From positions 39,157 through 103,156 of the forward strand of contig JBDHJS010000008.1 of assembly GCA_039586795.1 (NCBI GenBank): DNA of 64,000 bases, written 5' to 3'. Below are positions 30,794-44,780 of the stretch, one piece after another. This DNA is from Gemmatimonadota bacterium (GTDB lineage: Bacteria > Gemmatimonadota > Gemmatimonadetes > Palauibacterales > KS3-K002). The translations under genes and the position numbers were made by a program. Every line of letters begins with the position of its first letter. The stretch's first letter is position 1. Under the pieces are notes generated by a model, which saw nothing but the letters and a program-made list of their open reading frames with translations, ran no database searches and was not told the origin of the DNA.

Positions 30794-30878
30794 CTCGAGG
30801 GAAGATGGACGAGAGTATCAACAGATCAGCATGGGGACGGCGAGGTCGGGGTGCGGTTTCCGACCAGCGATTCCCTGC

Positions 30879-33800
30879 CTACAGCGGCGGGGCGCCAGGC
30901 GCGCCGTGGCACTTCTTGAACTTCTTGCCCGAGCCACACGGGCACGGGTCGTTGCGCCCGACTTTATCGCTGCCGGCCGCCGGCTTCTGCGCCGCCTCAC
31001 CCTTGTTGGTCAGCATCTCACCCGGGCGGGGCTGAGCGGGTGGGCGGACACCCGAAGGCCTGCCCGGCGAAGCCACGCCGGTGCCCAGCATGCCGGTCTG
31101 AGAAGTCGGCGACGGACCTGTGACGCCAACGGAGCCGGCCGCTGCCGCCCCGGGAGCGTATCCGTCCTCGGCGGTGTCGAGCGTCGGGCCACTCATACCG
31201 GTGATGGTTGGCGCCCGCATGGGTTGCTGTGGGACCATCTGCGACTTGAACAACCGATCGGAGAGGGTCGTCCGCATGTCGTTGAGGAGGTCGACGAACA
31301 TATCGTAGGCCTCACGCTTGTACTCGATGAGCGGGTCCTTCTGCCCCCAAGCCCGGAAGTAGATGCCGGCCTTCAGTTGGTCCAGATCGTACAGATGGTC
31401 TTTCCACTTCTCGTCTACCGTGTACAGGAAGATATAGGAGAGGATGCGCTCCGAATCCTCTCCGAAGTCTTCGATCTTCTTGTCGAACGTGGCGCGCGCT
31501 TTTCCGAGCACGTAGTCGACCAACGCCTCGCGATCCTCCCACTCGGCTGACGCATCAAGCGAGTTTTCATCGGGAAGCTCCGGGCAGTGAAGGAAGAAAT
31601 CGACCAGTAAGCGACTCTTCAAACCTGCCAGATCCCAAGTCTCTTCCGATCCGGCAACGAACTCGTCCATTCGCATGAGCATGGTCTGTTGAACCATTTC
31701 CCAGACCTCGCCCTTGAGGTCTTCGCCACCCTCGAGTGCGAATAGCCGCAAGTCGTAGATCACCTCCCGTTGCTGGTTCATCACGTCGTCATACTCGAGG
31801 AGGCGTTTCCGAGCGTCGAAGTTCTGCATCTCGACGCGCTTCTGCGCTCGCTCGATCGCTCTTGTCACCAGCGGGTGAGTGATGACCTCGCCCTCGTCAG
31901 CGCCCAGCGTGTCCATGATCTTGGCTATGCGATCCGCCATGAACAGACGCATCAGGTCGTCTTCCAGCGACAGGAAGAACCGGGAGGATCCGGGGTCACC
32001 CTGGCGGCCAGAGCGCCCGCGAAGCTGACGGTCGATTCGGCGCGAATCGTGGCGCTCGGTTCCGAGAATGACTAGCCCGCACGGCGGATCGTCCGGACAA
32101 CCGAGCTCGCCGGCCAACTCGGCACTGATATCCGGTTCTTCATGGAACTTTCCGATCGACGGCTGTTGAGCCGATATGGCGCAAACCCGGCACTTAACAA
32201 CGCCACCCTTGAGTTTGATGTCGGTACCGCGGCCCGCCATGTTCGTGGCGATGGTCACACCAGCCGTACGGCCCGCCTCGGCAACTATCTCCGCCTCGCG
32301 CTCATGATACTTCGCGTTCAGCACGTTGTGTTTGATACCGCGTCGACGCAGCATACGGCTGACGGTCTCCGACGTATCAACGCTTGTCGTGCCGACGAGG
32401 ATCGGAAGGCCCTTCTCATGCAAGCGCTCGATCTCGTCGAGCAGGGCCGTGTATTTTTCTCGTTTTGTCTTGAAGACGACGTCGTCGAGGTCAACACGCC
32501 GGACCGGACGATTGGTGGGGATGACCACGACCTCGAGACCGTAGATCTGGTGGAACTCGCCTTCCTCGGTCTCCGCCGTACCGGTCATTCCCGCCAGCTT
32601 GCTGTACATGCGGAAGTAGTTCTGAATCGTGATCGTCGCGAGGGTCTGCGTTTCACCCCGGACCGTGACCGCTTCCTTCGCCTCGACCGCCTGGTGCAGA
32701 CCATCGCTCCAACGGCGGCCGGCCATTTTCCGGCCGGTGAACTCATCAACGATGATCACCTGGCCGTTCTCGACGACATAGGCCTCATCACGCTCAAACA
32801 GCGTGTAAGCCTTCACCAGCTGGTGGATGATGTGTATCTTCTCGGATTTTGCCGCGTAATCTCGCTCCTCCTGCTGGATCCGGGCCCGCTTCTCATCCGA
32901 CGACAGCGACTCATCTCTCTCGATCTCGCCAAACACTTCGGAGAGATCCGGCATCACGAAAGCTTCATGATCGTTTGGCGATAGAGCATCGAGACCTTTG
33001 TCGGTCATGTGGACCTGGTGCCCCTTCTCGTCCATCGAATACAGAAGCACCTGCTCTAGCTCGTGCAGCCGTTTCTCGCGCATGTAGTCGGCTTCCACGC
33101 GCTGCATGAGCTTGCGAATCCCCGGTTCCTGCAGCACCTTCGCCAGCTTCTTGTTCTTGGGCATCCCACGGTGAGCCAGCAGGACCTTCTCGCCGACCTG
33201 GTAATCCATCTCCTGTTCGCCGTCGGCGCCCTGAAGCAACTCCTCTGCCTCTGCCAGCAGTTGGTTCACGATGCGGGCTTGCTTCTTGGCGAGGCCTGCG
33301 ACCTGAGCGTTGAACTCTTTGTACCGCTTGTTGTCTTCCCGGCCCACAGGTCCGCTGATGATCAGCGGCGTCCGCGCCTCGTCGATCAAGACGGAGTCGA
33401 CCTCGTCGATGATCGCATAGTTGTGCTCGCGCTGGACGCGGTCATTCAGGCCGTGGACCATGTTGTCGCGGAGGTAGTCGAACCCAAACTCGTTGTTCGT
33501 CCCGTATGTGATATCGCAGCGGTAAGCGGCATGTCGCTCGGGGCTGCCCGGGTCACTGGCATCGAGACATCCGACCGTGAGGCCCAGCCACTCGAAGATC
33601 GTGCCCATCCATTCTGAGTCACGCCGGGAGAGGTAGTCGTTCACCGTCACCAGATGAGCGCCACGACCGGGAAGCGCGTTGAGATACAACGGCATCGTCG
33701 CAACGAGCGTCTTTCCTTCACCCGTTGCCATCTCGGCGATCTTGCCCTGGTGAAGCACGATACCACCGATCAACTGAACATCGTACGGAACCATATCCCA

Positions 33801-34202
33801 CTTCATTTCGTGGCCCCGCACGTTGATTTCCTGCCCGAGAAGTCTGCGACACGCCTCACGAACGGTGGCGTAAGCTTCGGGCAGCAGTTCGTCGAGCAAC
33901 TCCTGCGTAGCCTCCTGAAGCTCCTCTTCAAGTTGCCCGATACGAAGCGTCATGCCCTCGCGCTGGCCGGCATCTTCCGTTCGCTTCTTCGTCTCCTTCA
34001 GCTGGGCGATCTCTTCCTCCATATCCTTCGTCTTCTCGAGGATGGTCGCCCGGAAATTCTCGGTCTGCGCCCGGACCTCTTCGTCCGTGAACTCCTTTAA
34101 GCGTTCTTCGTGGCGGTGGATCTCGTCCACGATGGGTTGGAACCCGCGAACGTCCTTCTCGAACTTGGTACCCAGAGCGGCTGTTACGATTTGTTTTAGC
34201 AT
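30879..34202 (-). CDS. secA: protein translocase ATPase SecA
   Basis: [52 protein letters not shown]-terminal [18 protein letters not shown]. Confidence 0.99.
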   Translation of the reverse strand: MLKQIVTAALGTKFEKDVRGFQPIVDEIHRHEERLKEFTDEEVRAQTENFRATILEKTKDMEEEIAQLKETKKRTEDAGQREGMTLRIGQLEEELQEATQELLDELLPEAYATVREACRRLLGQEINVRGHEMKWDMVPYDVQLIGGIVLHQGKIAEMATGEGKTLVATMPLYLNALPGRGAHLVTVNDYLSRRDSEWMGTIFEWLGLTVGCLDASDPGSPERHAAYRCDITYGTNNEFGFDYLRDNMVHGLNDRVQREHNYAIIDEVDSVLIDEARTPLIISGPVGREDNKRYKEFNAQVAGLAKKQARIVNQLLAEAEELLQGADGEQEMDYQVGEKVLLAHRGMPKNKKLAKVLQEPGIRKLMQRVEADYMREKRLHELEQVLLYSMDEKGHQVHMTDKGLDALSPNDHEAFVMPDLSEVFGEIERDESLSSDEKRARIQQEERDYAAKSEKIHIIHQLVKAYTLFERDEAYVVENGQVIIVDEFTGRKMAGRRWSDGLHQAVEAKEAVTVRGETQTLATITIQNYFRMYSKLAGMTGTAETEEGEFHQIYGLEVVVIPTNRPVRRVDLDDVVFKTKREKYTALLDEIERLHEKGLPILVGTTSVDTSETVSRMLRRRGIKHNVLNAKYHEREAEIVAEAGRTAGVTIATNMAGRGTDIKLKGGVVKCRVCAISAQQPSIGKFHEEPDISAELAGELGCPDDPPCGLVILGTERHDSRRIDRQLRGRSGRQGDPGSSRFFLSLEDDLMRLFMADRIAKIMDTLGADEGEVITHPLVTRAIERAQKRVEMQNFDARKRLLEYDDVMNQQREVIYDLRLFALEGGEDLKGEVWEMVQQTMLMRMDEFVAGSEETWDLAGLKSRLLVDFFLHCPELPDENSLDASAEWEDREALVDYVLGKARATFDKKIEDFGEDSERILSYIFLYTVDEKWKDHLYDLDQLKAGIYFRAWGQKDPLIEYKREAYDMFVDLLNDMRTTLSDRLFKSQMVPQQPMRAPTITGMSGPTLDTAEDGYAPGAAAAGSVGVTGPSPTSQTGMLGTGVASPGRPSGVRPPAQPRPGEMLTNKGEAAQKPAAGSDKVGRNDPCPCGSGKKFKKCHGAPGAPPL

Positions 34203-34229
34203 GTGGCTACTTCCGAACGCCGAACCGTG

Positions 34230-34808
34230 TCAGCGTCTGTATAACGAGTTTTCCTCAATGATCTCGTACACCGGCGGCGGTACTAGATAGCGGTACGGCC
34301 GGCCCGTTCGAATTCGATCGCGTATATCGCTGGACGATATCGCAACGTAAGTGACCTCAACCCGGCTACTATCAAAGCCAGCAATCGACTGCGACTCCTG
34401 TTCAGTACCGGCTCGGGACATCACGGCGACGTGCGCCAGTCGCGGAATATCCTCTACCCGGTGCCAACGGTTGAGCTCGGCCAGGATGTCAGAGCCGACG
34501 ATCAGAAAGATCTCGGCCCCCGGATTGGCAGCCGCGATCTCCTCCAGCGTCTCCACGGTGAAAGAGGGGCCATCCCGCCCGATCTCACGGTCATCAACAA
34601 CGAACCGCTCACTGCTCGCCGTTGCCGCCTCGATCATCCGCCAGCGTAGCGGCGCCGGCGCTTGAACTCGCGTCCCCTTCAGCGGGTGCTCGCCGGTCGG
34701 CACAAAGACGACGCGGTCCAGCTCCAGCGCTGCGGCTACGTCATCTGCCACGATCAGGTGGCCTACGTGGGGCGGGTCGAAAGTCCCGCCGAAAACGCCA
34801 AGCCTCAT
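34230..34808 (-). CDS. nadD: nicotinate-nucleotide adenylyltransferase
   Basis: FGGTFDPPHVGH, G.D, ISSS.IR. Confidence 0.96.
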   Translation of the reverse strand: MRLGVFGGTFDPPHVGHLIVADDVAAALELDRVVFVPTGEHPLKGTRVQAPAPLRWRMIEAATASSERFVVDDREIGRDGPSFTVETLEEIAAANPGAEIFLIVGSDILAELNRWHRVEDIPRLAHVAVMSRAGTEQESQSIAGFDSSRVEVTYVAISSSDIRDRIRTGRPYRYLVPPPVYEIIEENSLYRR

Positions 34809-34841
34809 CTGCTGTCTAGGTCGAAGACTCGAACCTTGAAG

Positions 34842-35588
34842 TTATCCGGTGGCTCCGGAGCCGGAAGGTCTCACCCTCCCGGCCTCTGGCGAGTCCGGGA
34901 AGTCGCGTAGCAGCCGATCGCGGGTCTCCACAGCCTCCTGCGCGTACCCGAGCCGTGTGTAGGACTCATACAGTAGATACAGCGCACTGGGCTCCACCGC
35001 CGTGCCACGATAGTTGCCGAGGAGATGCTCCAGGTAGACAATCGCCGAATCGTACGCCTTCCGCTTGTAGTAGTACTCCGCGTTTAGGTAAGCCTTGTGG
35101 GCAAGCTTGTCGGTGAGCTCCCTGACCACCTGGTCGGCCCTATCGGCGTATATGCTACCGGGGTAGAGCAGACTCACCGATCGGCACTGATCGATTGCCT
35201 CGAAGGTATACTCCTGATCGAGCTCGGGCCGCGGAGACAGCTCCGAGTACGCTTCGCAGGCGCGAAATCGCGAGGCATCGGCGAGGGGGCCCGCCGGACG
35301 GCTCTGGGCAAGGCGCATGAACTCGGCCGCAGCTGTCAGATACTGTTTCTGGTTGAAGTAAGAATCGGCGATCAGGAACTGGGCGCTGTCTGCTCTGACG
35401 TGCCCAGGGTCCTGGAACAGAAACCTCTGCAACGCGTCGATCGACTGCTGCCAGCTTCCCCGGTCGTGCGCCGCTCTACCGACGGTGTACAACTCCTCGG
35501 GTGAAGCATCCTGTGGCAGTTCCTTGGGGCATCCAGCCAGCGCAAACGACAAGGCCAGCAGAGAGAGGATAGGTCCGTTCCGTTTCAC
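34842..35588 (-). CDS. bamD: outer membrane protein assembly factor BamD
   Basis: lipobox LAGC, TPRs, P..ELDQ.YT..AI, LA.K.Y..A.YY. Confidence 0.9.
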   Translation of the reverse strand: MKRNGPILSLLALSFALAGCPKELPQDASPEELYTVGRAAHDRGSWQQSIDALQRFLFQDPGHVRADSAQFLIADSYFNQKQYLTAAAEFMRLAQSRPAGPLADASRFRACEAYSELSPRPELDQEYTFEAIDQCRSVSLLYPGSIYADRADQVVRELTDKLAHKAYLNAEYYYKRKAYDSAIVYLEHLLGNYRGTAVEPSALYLLYESYTRLGYAQEAVETRDRLLRDFPDSPEAGRVRPSGSGATG

Positions 35589-36505
35589 TGACCTTCCCCT
35601 TCCGGTGTCCGGTAGCGGATGCTACGAATCCGATCCTCAGCAGTTCTAACGCGACGCCCGGTACGGCTCGGGTTCAAACGAAGGACTTCTTGAAAAGACC
35701 TCACAGCTTCGTCGTATTCTCCAAGTGCAAACAGTATTTCACCGCGCTCGAACCAGGCATCGTCCAGCAGCGCCTGCGGTGCCCGCAACGCGATCACGTA
35801 TTCGAACTTCTCGAGAGCTTCAGCTGGCCTACCAGCAACGCGGTCCTGCTCCGCTAACTCGAAAGCACATTGTCCAGCGTGCCAACGCGCATCAGTGCGT
35901 TGCTCGCCGCGCGGACGGGTCTCCAGGAACGACCGGTAATGTACCAGAGCCTGTCCACACTCGCCCAGCTCGTAGTAGACGGCCGCCAACTCGTAGAGTA
36001 CATCGGGGCCCACGCTATCCACCGAGGCTGCCAGTACCGAAAGGTAGAGCGGCAGCGCTTCCGCGTATTCGCGCAGCTCGAAGTAGTAGCGGGCGAACGG
36101 CAACGCCAGTTCGTCAGGAACGCTGCCAGGGCGGATCGCCTCCACCCGCTGCAACGCACGCGCCATCCTGGCCCGGTCCCGCTGCTCCAGCGCTCGTTTT
36201 GCGAGGCCGAGGAAATCCGCGACCGCCTGATCGGCATACGTCGAATCGGAGGCCAGCAGTCGCGAATAGTACTCGGACGCATCGTCCAGCCGATCGATGT
36301 GAGCGTACCCGTGAGCCAGCCGTAGCAAGACCTCGGGCTCATCGCCACGTTGACGGAGCGCAACCTGGTACTCGGCGATGGCCTCTTCGGGCCGTCCGGC
36401 TCCCAGCATACGATCGCCGCCGACCAGATGATCTCTCGCATCCCCGCGACAAGCGAGGGCCACAGCTCCACACAGGAATGCTACTGGGATGAAAAATACC
36501 TTCAC
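35585..36505 (-). CDS. TPR lipoprotein
   Basis: signal with ALAC from GTG 36505 (inferred start), multiple TPRs; GTGA overlap with bamD. Confidence 0.8.
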   Translation of the reverse strand: MKVFFIPVAFLCGAVALACRGDARDHLVGGDRMLGAGRPEEAIAEYQVALRQRGDEPEVLLRLAHGYAHIDRLDDASEYYSRLLASDSTYADQAVADFLGLAKRALEQRDRARMARALQRVEAIRPGSVPDELALPFARYYFELREYAEALPLYLSVLAASVDSVGPDVLYELAAVYYELGECGQALVHYRSFLETRPRGEQRTDARWHAGQCAFELAEQDRVAGRPAEALEKFEYVIALRAPQALLDDAWFERGEILFALGEYDEAVRSFQEVLRLNPSRTGRRVRTAEDRIRSIRYRTPEGEGQ

Positions 36506-36507
36506 TC

Positions 36508-37227
36508 TCAGCCGCCACTCTCCCCGCCGGCGGCCGAAGTGCGTGGCATGTTGAGGAACGCTCGAGCCTTGGGATGATCGGGATCCCGCTGCAAGCAGCC
36601 ACGCCACTCATTCGCGGCCAGTGCATGCTCGCCCGACCGATAGTACACCAGGCCGAGGCTGACGCGGGCTTCTACGTACTCCGGATTGTCGGATAGGACG
36701 CCTTCGAGCTCGGTCCTCGCATCGACGAGCGCGCCGTGCTCCATCAGAGCCCTGGAGAGCTTCGTCCGGATGTCCAGGAAGTCGGGTCTCAAATGCGTTG
36801 CCGTCCGGTACTGCCCGATGGCTTGCTCGTAGCTGCCGAGATCGGCGTAAAGGTCGCCGAGCTCCATATGCATGTTTGCGAGACGCGCCGACACGGAGCG
36901 GGAGAAAGGCCTGCCGGCGGAATGGTCACAGTCCCACGCGAGTCGGAACGCTTCGCGCGCCTCATCATACCGACCCAGATCATTCAGGGTGATCGCGCGG
37001 TTGAGGTGAGCCTCAACGTACGCCGGGTTCAACGCGAGAGCGCGATCGAACTCTTCGAGCGCCGCCTCGGGTTGACCTGCCAGACCCAGCGACAGGCCGA
37101 GTAGATGCCGTACATCGGCATATCCCGGCTCGCGTTCGGAAGCCTCTCGCAATGCCGAGATGGCTCCGACGTAGTCATTCTGCGCCAGACATTCCTTACC
37201 CTTCGCGATGAGCTGGTCTGTATTCAT
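36508..37227 (-). CDS. cytoplasmic TPR protein
   Basis: about 6 TPRs (ALALNPAYVEAHLN.., NPEYVEARVSLG); no signal peptide. Confidence 0.85.
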   Translation of the reverse strand: MNTDQLIAKGKECLAQNDYVGAISALREASEREPGYADVRHLLGLSLGLAGQPEAALEEFDRALALNPAYVEAHLNRAITLNDLGRYDEAREAFRLAWDCDHSAGRPFSRSVSARLANMHMELGDLYADLGSYEQAIGQYRTATHLRPDFLDIRTKLSRALMEHGALVDARTELEGVLSDNPEYVEARVSLGLVYYRSGEHALAANEWRGCLQRDPDHPKARAFLNMPRTSAAGGESGG

Positions 37228-37238
37228 TTGCGAAAAAC

Positions 37239-37985
37239 CTAGGCGTTATCAGTCGCCTCTGCAAGCGAAGCCCGCCGGCGGCGCCGACGGAACAGCCGTC
37301 GCCACAATCCATACTTTATGATGCAGCGGAAGGCGGAAACGCCGTCCTTCCAGTTGATCTTCTTCCCTTCGGCATAGGTGCGCCCGCTGTACGAGATCCC
37401 GACTTCGTAGATCCGCCAGCCACCCAAAGCCAACTTGGCCGTGATCTCCGGCTCAAGGCCGAATCGATTCTCCTCGATCTCCAGGCTCTCCAGCACCTCA
37501 CGGCGAAACATCTTGTAACAGGTTTCCATGTCCGTGAGGTTCAGATTGGTCACCATGTTGGAGCACAGCGTCAGGACCTTGTTGCCCACCGAGTGCCAGA
37601 AATAGAGAACCCGGTGCGGGCCAGCGCCGGCGAACCGCGAACCGTACACGGCATCGGCCTTGCCCTCATCGATGGGCGCCATGAGGTTGGCGTACTCCGC
37701 AGGATCGTACTCGAGGTCGGCGTCCTGGATGATGGCCGCATCTCCGGTGGCCTTTGCTACACCTGCCCGAATAGCCGACCCTTTGCCTCCGTTCTTCTGC
37801 TGCAAAATCAGCCTATCTACCTGGCCTTCATCGTGCAGCCGCTGCAGGATCTCGCGTGTCCCGTCCGTAGAGAAGTCGTCGACGCAGATGATCTCTACTT
37901 CGAGCGGAACGTCTCGCACTTTCCGCACGACTTCCTCGATCGTCTCCCGCTCGTTGTATACCGGGATCAAGACAGAGAGCTTCAC
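37239..37985 (-). CDS. GT2 glycosyltransferase, polyprenol-phosphate glycosyltransferase (DPM1-like)
   Basis: [41 protein letters not shown]. Confidence 0.93.
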   Translation of the reverse strand: MKLSVLIPVYNERETIEEVVRKVRDVPLEVEIICVDDFSTDGTREILQRLHDEGQVDRLILQQKNGGKGSAIRAGVAKATGDAAIIQDADLEYDPAEYANLMAPIDEGKADAVYGSRFAGAGPHRVLYFWHSVGNKVLTLCSNMVTNLNLTDMETCYKMFRREVLESLEIEENRFGLEPEITAKLALGGWRIYEVGISYSGRTYAEGKKINWKDGVSAFRCIIKYGLWRRLFRRRRRRASLAEATDNA

Positions 37986-37986
37986 G

Positions 37987-38949
37987 TCACTCCTGTACGT
38001 TGTCCTCGTTCATAATCACTTCGGGATGCGCTTTGAAGTACTCGATCGTCTTCAGAAGTCCGTCCCGGATGTCGACCTTGGGCTCCCACCCCAGTACTTC
38101 TCTTGCTTGAGTGATGTCTGGCTGACGGACTCGAGGATCGTCAATGGGGAGCGGCTTTCGCTCAATCCCAGCCGGGTTATGGGTCAACTCGGTCACCAAC
38201 TCCGCAAGCTGGCTGATCGTGAATTCGGTTGGGTTGCCAATGTTGGTCGGCTGTGTCCGATCGGAATGGAACAACCTGTAGATACCCTCAACCAGGTCGT
38301 CGACGTAGCAGAACGACCGTGTCTGGGAGCCGTCGCCGTAGATGGTGAGTGGCTCTCCGCTGAGCGCCTGGACGATGAAGTTCGAGACGACCCGCCCGTC
38401 GTGGGCTCGCATGCGAGGGCCGTAAGTGTTGAATATCCGGACAATCCGCGTGTCCACCCCATGGTAACGATGGTAGGCCATCGTCATCGCCTCGGCGAAG
38501 CGCTTCGCCTCGTCATACACACCACGCGGCCCGACCGGGTTCACGTTGCCCCAATACGACTCCGGTTGCGGATGGACGCCCGGGTCGCCATACACCTCCG
38601 ACGTAGAGGCGAGCAAAAAGCGAGCGCTCTTTGCTTTCGCGAGACCCAGCGCCTTATGCGTACCCAGCGAACCGACCTTCAGCGTCTGAATCGGAAGCTG
38701 CAGATAGTCAACAGGGCTGGCGGGAGAAGCGAAGTGCAGCACTCCATCGAGCTCACCCGCCACGTACATGAACTCCGTAACATCATACATGTAGAACGTG
38801 AAGCGCTCGTCCTCCAGCATGTGGCTGATGTTATCTGCCGACCCTGTGATCAGATTGTCGAGACCCACGACCTCGTGGCCGTCGGCCAGAAAACGTTCGG
38901 AGACATGCGAGCCAAGAAAGCCGGCGGCGCCGGTGATCAACACCCTCAT
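37987..38949 (-). CDS. UDP-glucuronate decarboxylase (UDP-xylose synthase)
   Basis: [44 protein letters not shown]. Confidence 0.92.
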   Translation of the reverse strand: MRVLITGAAGFLGSHVSERFLADGHEVVGLDNLITGSADNISHMLEDERFTFYMYDVTEFMYVAGELDGVLHFASPASPVDYLQLPIQTLKVGSLGTHKALGLAKAKSARFLLASTSEVYGDPGVHPQPESYWGNVNPVGPRGVYDEAKRFAEAMTMAYHRYHGVDTRIVRIFNTYGPRMRAHDGRVVSNFIVQALSGEPLTIYGDGSQTRSFCYVDDLVEGIYRLFHSDRTQPTNIGNPTEFTISQLAELVTELTHNPAGIERKPLPIDDPRVRQPDITQAREVLGWEPKVDIRDGLLKTIEYFKAHPEVIMNEDNVQE

Positions 38950-40259
38950 GGCTTAAGAGCCTCCCGTCCAAGCGGGTAGTACGTGAACTGTAGCTCCCGC
39001 ATCTTCTCAATGTCGTAGAGATTGCGGGTATCGAATACGACGGCGGTCTTCATCAACTCGGTCAATCTCTGGAAGTTTGGACGCCTGTATTCCAGCCAGT
39101 CCGTCATCACGACAAGCGCATCAGCGCCTTCGACCGCCTGATAGTCGCGTTCGTGGTACGTGATCCGATCTCCGAAGATCCCGTGGGCGATTTCCATCGC
39201 GGCGGGATCGTGGCCGCGCACCGTCGCCCCGCGTTCGAGGAGTCCTTCGATCAATACGATCGACGGTGATTCGCGCATGTCATCGGTTCCGGGTTTGAAC
39301 GCCAGACCCCACACGGCGATCGTCACACCCGACAGGTCCTTGCCGAAGTGATCATCGATCTTCTTGAGGAAGTATCGCTTCTGTTCATCGTTGACCTCCT
39401 CGACGGCCCGCAGGACCTTGAAATCATACCCGTGATCCCGCGCCGTCTTCATCAGCGCCTTGACGTCCTTTGGAAAACACGAGCCACCGTAGCCGGGGCC
39501 CGGGAACAGGAACTTCGTGCCGATTCGCGTGTCGGAGCCCACGCCGCGACGAATCAAAGCCACATCGGCGCCGAACAGCTCGCACATGCGCGCCACCTCG
39601 TTCATGAAGCTGATTCTCGTGGCCAGCATGGCGTTGGCAACGTACTTGGTCAGCTCGGCGCTGGTGATATCCATGAACATCACGGGGTTGCCTGTGCGAA
39701 CGAATGGCTCGTACAGCTCAGCCAGGACCTTTCGCGCCTTCTCCGTCTCAACCCCCAGCACCACCCGATCGGGGCGCATGAAGTCGTCGATCGCGGCGCC
39801 TTCCTTCAAGAATTCAGGATTTGAGCAAACGTGCACCGGGTGATCGGTGCGCTTCTTGATCTCCTCGCGAACAAGCTTGGCCGTTCCGACCGGCACGGTG
39901 CTCTTCGTCACGACGACCTTTTCACCATTCATCGAATCGCCAATCACCGCGGCAACATCGAGAACATGACGAAGATCCGCCGAACCATCTTCATCGGGCG
40001 GCGTCCCAACCGCTATAAAGATGACTTCGGACTCGCGGGTGACTTGAGGAATATCGGTCGTGAACCTGAGCCGGCCGTCAGCGACATTGCGTTCCACAAG
40101 CGACTCAAGACCTGGCTCGTAGATTGGGATCACGCCTTCGAGCAGAGCATCGATCTTCTTCTGGTCAACATCTCCACACACGACGTCGTTGCCTGCCTCT
40201 GCCAGGCAGGCCCCGGCCACGAGGCCCACGTAACCCGTGCCTACTACTCCGATCTGCAT
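38946..40259 (-). CDS. ugd: UDP-glucose 6-dehydrogenase
   Basis: [38 protein letters not shown]. Confidence 0.96.
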   Translation of the reverse strand: MQIGVVGTGYVGLVAGACLAEAGNDVVCGDVDQKKIDALLEGVIPIYEPGLESLVERNVADGRLRFTTDIPQVTRESEVIFIAVGTPPDEDGSADLRHVLDVAAVIGDSMNGEKVVVTKSTVPVGTAKLVREEIKKRTDHPVHVCSNPEFLKEGAAIDDFMRPDRVVLGVETEKARKVLAELYEPFVRTGNPVMFMDITSAELTKYVANAMLATRISFMNEVARMCELFGADVALIRRGVGSDTRIGTKFLFPGPGYGGSCFPKDVKALMKTARDHGYDFKVLRAVEEVNDEQKRYFLKKIDDHFGKDLSGVTIAVWGLAFKPGTDDMRESPSIVLIEGLLERGATVRGHDPAAMEIAHGIFGDRITYHERDYQAVEGADALVVMTDWLEYRRPNFQRLTELMKTAVVFDTRNLYDIEKMRELQFTYYPLGREALKP

Positions 40260-40360
40260 AGATAACCTCGATTAGGTTCTTTACGAGCCATCGGGGTGCT
40301 GGCCCTATCTTCCATGGAGCGGTAAAGGAAGGGGCTCCTATAATATTCTGAGATCGTGCT

Positions 40361-41510
40361 TTACCGCAATGTCACTCCGCCAGGCACCCGATACCTGAGT
40401 AGCGTTCCCCTGAACCAGCGTAGACCCCAGAACGCCTTCAGCCACCGCTTCCCGCCGGCCGGCTTCGCCGCCGCCCCCTCTCGCTCCCCATGACCCAGCA
40501 CCCAACGAGCGAAGCCTAGCTTTCGCCGCAGCCCCCGGACCAGCAGAAGCTCCATGGCTAGGGAGCTGGGGAGGAATCGAATCCCGCTCCCCAGATAGCC
40601 CAGACGCAGCGCCAGCGGCGTCCGCAGCCGCGCCGGGAGACTGACGAAGTCGCTCACGACGTCTGCCGCGAACAGGTCTCGGGCTGTCGTCATCGCATGC
40701 CTCAAGTGCCGTTCCCGGCCGGTTGCCCGCGCCATCTCCGCCGCCCGGTCAACCACCGCTTGATTCGCGCCGCCGAGCAGGACCGCCAGATCGAGGTAGA
40801 CAGAGAGCGTTCGGAGGTTGCTGAGCACCGCGTGCGCGGCCGTCAGGTACAGCTCCACGGAGAGAGGCAACACTCGCCAGTCGCGGCTGCCGAGCCGCAC
40901 CGACCCTACATCCTCACGCCAGGCGGCGACCCGCGCCACTCGGCCGCCCTCTTCAAGCGTCACATCGTGCCACTGCGGGTGGAGGTCGAACGCGATCTCG
41001 TCCTCTCCGTCGATCGCACGGGTGTACGTTAGCGCGTAGCGCGAGGCCAGTCGGCCGCCACCCGCCGAATGCCGAAAGCCGGCCTCTTGGAAGGCTCCCT
41101 CGAGCTCTGACAGTTGATCGGCCGGGACCAGCAGATCGACGTCGGCCGCTTCACGCACGGTCGGATCCGGGTAGTGCCGTGCTGACGCTAGCCCCTTGAA
41201 TACCGCTGCCGTTACGCCCCGCCGATCGATAAGTGGTGCCAGTTCGTCTAGCGCCTGCAGGTGGGCACCGGCACGCCGCTGGTTATCCAAACGCGCGGCG
41301 GTCAACGCCGCCCAACAGTTCTTGGGCAGCTCCACACCGAGCGTCGCCGCAGCTTCGCCGACCGCCGGACCTATGCGCTCAGCCAGCGCCGCGCCGGTGG
41401 CGCGCGCCCAACTGCGTTCGTCCCACTGTGCGGGTGATGGGCCGTTGAAGTATCTGGCGGTCAGCAACTGTAGCGCGGGCCCCACCCATCCTTGACTATG
41501 TCGTGGCAGT

Positions 41511-41518
<8 letters not shown>
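40361..41518 (-). CDS. uncharacterised nucleotidyltransferase-fold protein (NTP_transf_5-like)
   Basis: FKG....HYP....R..ADVDLLV, FDLH, later H and DL motifs; start overlaps the end of the upstream SDR gene. Confidence 0.75.
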
Positions 41519-43495
<1,977 letters not shown>

Positions 43496-44776
43496 CTACA
43501 GCACGTTGCGCGTATCGAGCAGCGGCTTGCCCGATCGTCGTACCAGGTCATAGTCGATGTCGGAGTGATCCGTCACGATCACAATCGCATCGGAACTGGC
43601 CAGCAGTTGCTCATCGAGTGGCGCGGACTCCATGTCCTGTCCTTCGTGTCGCAGAGACGGAACCAGCGGGTCGTGGTACACTACGTCGGCACCTTTCTCA
43701 ACGAGCAGTCGGATGATATCCAGCGCCGGTGACTCGCGGGTGTCGTTGGTGTCCCGCTTGTAAGCGGCGCCGATGACGACAACTCTCGATCCTTTGACCG
43801 GCTTTCCATCTTCGTTCAGCAGCCCGGAGATCTTCTCCGTGACATAGTGCGGCATCTCGGAGTTGATCTCGCTGGCAAGCTCGACCAGGCGCGTCTTGTA
43901 GTCCAGCGTCTTCATCTTCCACGCAAGGTAGTGCGGGTCCACGGGTATGCAGTGCCCGCCCAGCCCCGGGCCCGGGGTGAACTTCATGAACCCGAACGGC
44001 TTGGTCGAAGCCGCCATGATGACTTCCCAAACATCGACGCCCAACTTGTCACACACGATGGCCATCTCGTTTGCCAGCGCGATGTTCACGGCCCGAAACG
44101 TGTTCTCTAACAGCTTCGTCAGCTCGGCGGCCTCAGTACTCGACACGGCGACCACCTGTTCGATGATCGTTGCGTAGAGCGCCTTTGCCATCTGCGAGCA
44201 GGCTGGCGTGATCCCGCCGACGACCTTCGGCGTGTTCTTGATCTTGTAGACCGGGTTGCTGGGGTCCACTCGCTCCGGGCTAAACGCTAGGAAGAAGTCC
44301 GTGCCCACACTGAGGCTACCGTCAACAGCAAGCGCCGGGAGCAGCAGTTCGCGAGTCGTTCCAGGATAGGTGGTCGATTCGAGAACGACGAGCTGGCCCG
44401 GTCGAACCGTGCGCTGCAAGGAGTCGGTGACCGACATGATGTAGGAAACGTCAGGCTCGCCCGTCTTGTTGAGAGGCGTCGGCACACAGATGCAGATCAC
44501 ATCAGACTCGGCGAGTCGGTCATAGTCCAGCGTCGCTTCCAGGCGGCCGGCGTCCACGACCTTCTTGAGCTGATCGCTCGGCACATCGCCGACGTACGAC
44601 CGACCTTCACGAAGTGCCTCGACCTTCTCGACGGAGACTTCAAAGCCGAGCACCGGGAAGCCCACTTCGGCGAACTCGACGGCAAGTGGGAGACCGACGT
44701 AACCCATGCCGACGACTCCGATTATCGCCTCGCGGGACTCTATCTTCTGGTTCAGCACTGCGACTTGGTCACTCAA
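43496..44776 (-). CDS. nucleotide-sugar dehydrogenase (UDP-GlcNAc 6-dehydrogenase, WbpA/TviB-like)
   Basis: GMGYVGLPLA, ESTTYPGTT, SPERVDP, KLLENTFR.VNIA, GGHCIPVDP. Confidence 0.9.
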   Translation of the reverse strand: MSDQVAVLNQKIESREAIIGVVGMGYVGLPLAVEFAEVGFPVLGFEVSVEKVEALREGRSYVGDVPSDQLKKVVDAGRLEATLDYDRLAESDVICICVPTPLNKTGEPDVSYIMSVTDSLQRTVRPGQLVVLESTTYPGTTRELLLPALAVDGSLSVGTDFFLAFSPERVDPSNPVYKIKNTPKVVGGITPACSQMAKALYATIIEQVVAVSSTEAAELTKLLENTFRAVNIALANEMAIVCDKLGVDVWEVIMAASTKPFGFMKFTPGPGLGGHCIPVDPHYLAWKMKTLDYKTRLVELASEINSEMPHYVTEKISGLLNEDGKPVKGSRVVVIGAAYKRDTNDTRESPALDIIRLLVEKGADVVYHDPLVPSLRHEGQDMESAPLDEQLLASSDAIVIVTDHSDIDYDLVRRSGKPLLDTRNVL

Positions 44777-44780
44777 TTCC

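Noticed and set aside
37660..38979. 439-aa plus-strand ORF (and similar ones at 3577-4470, 32142-32984, 56927-57943, 59340-60230)
   Set aside because: Each fully overlaps a well-supported minus-strand gene; these are typical shadow ORFs.
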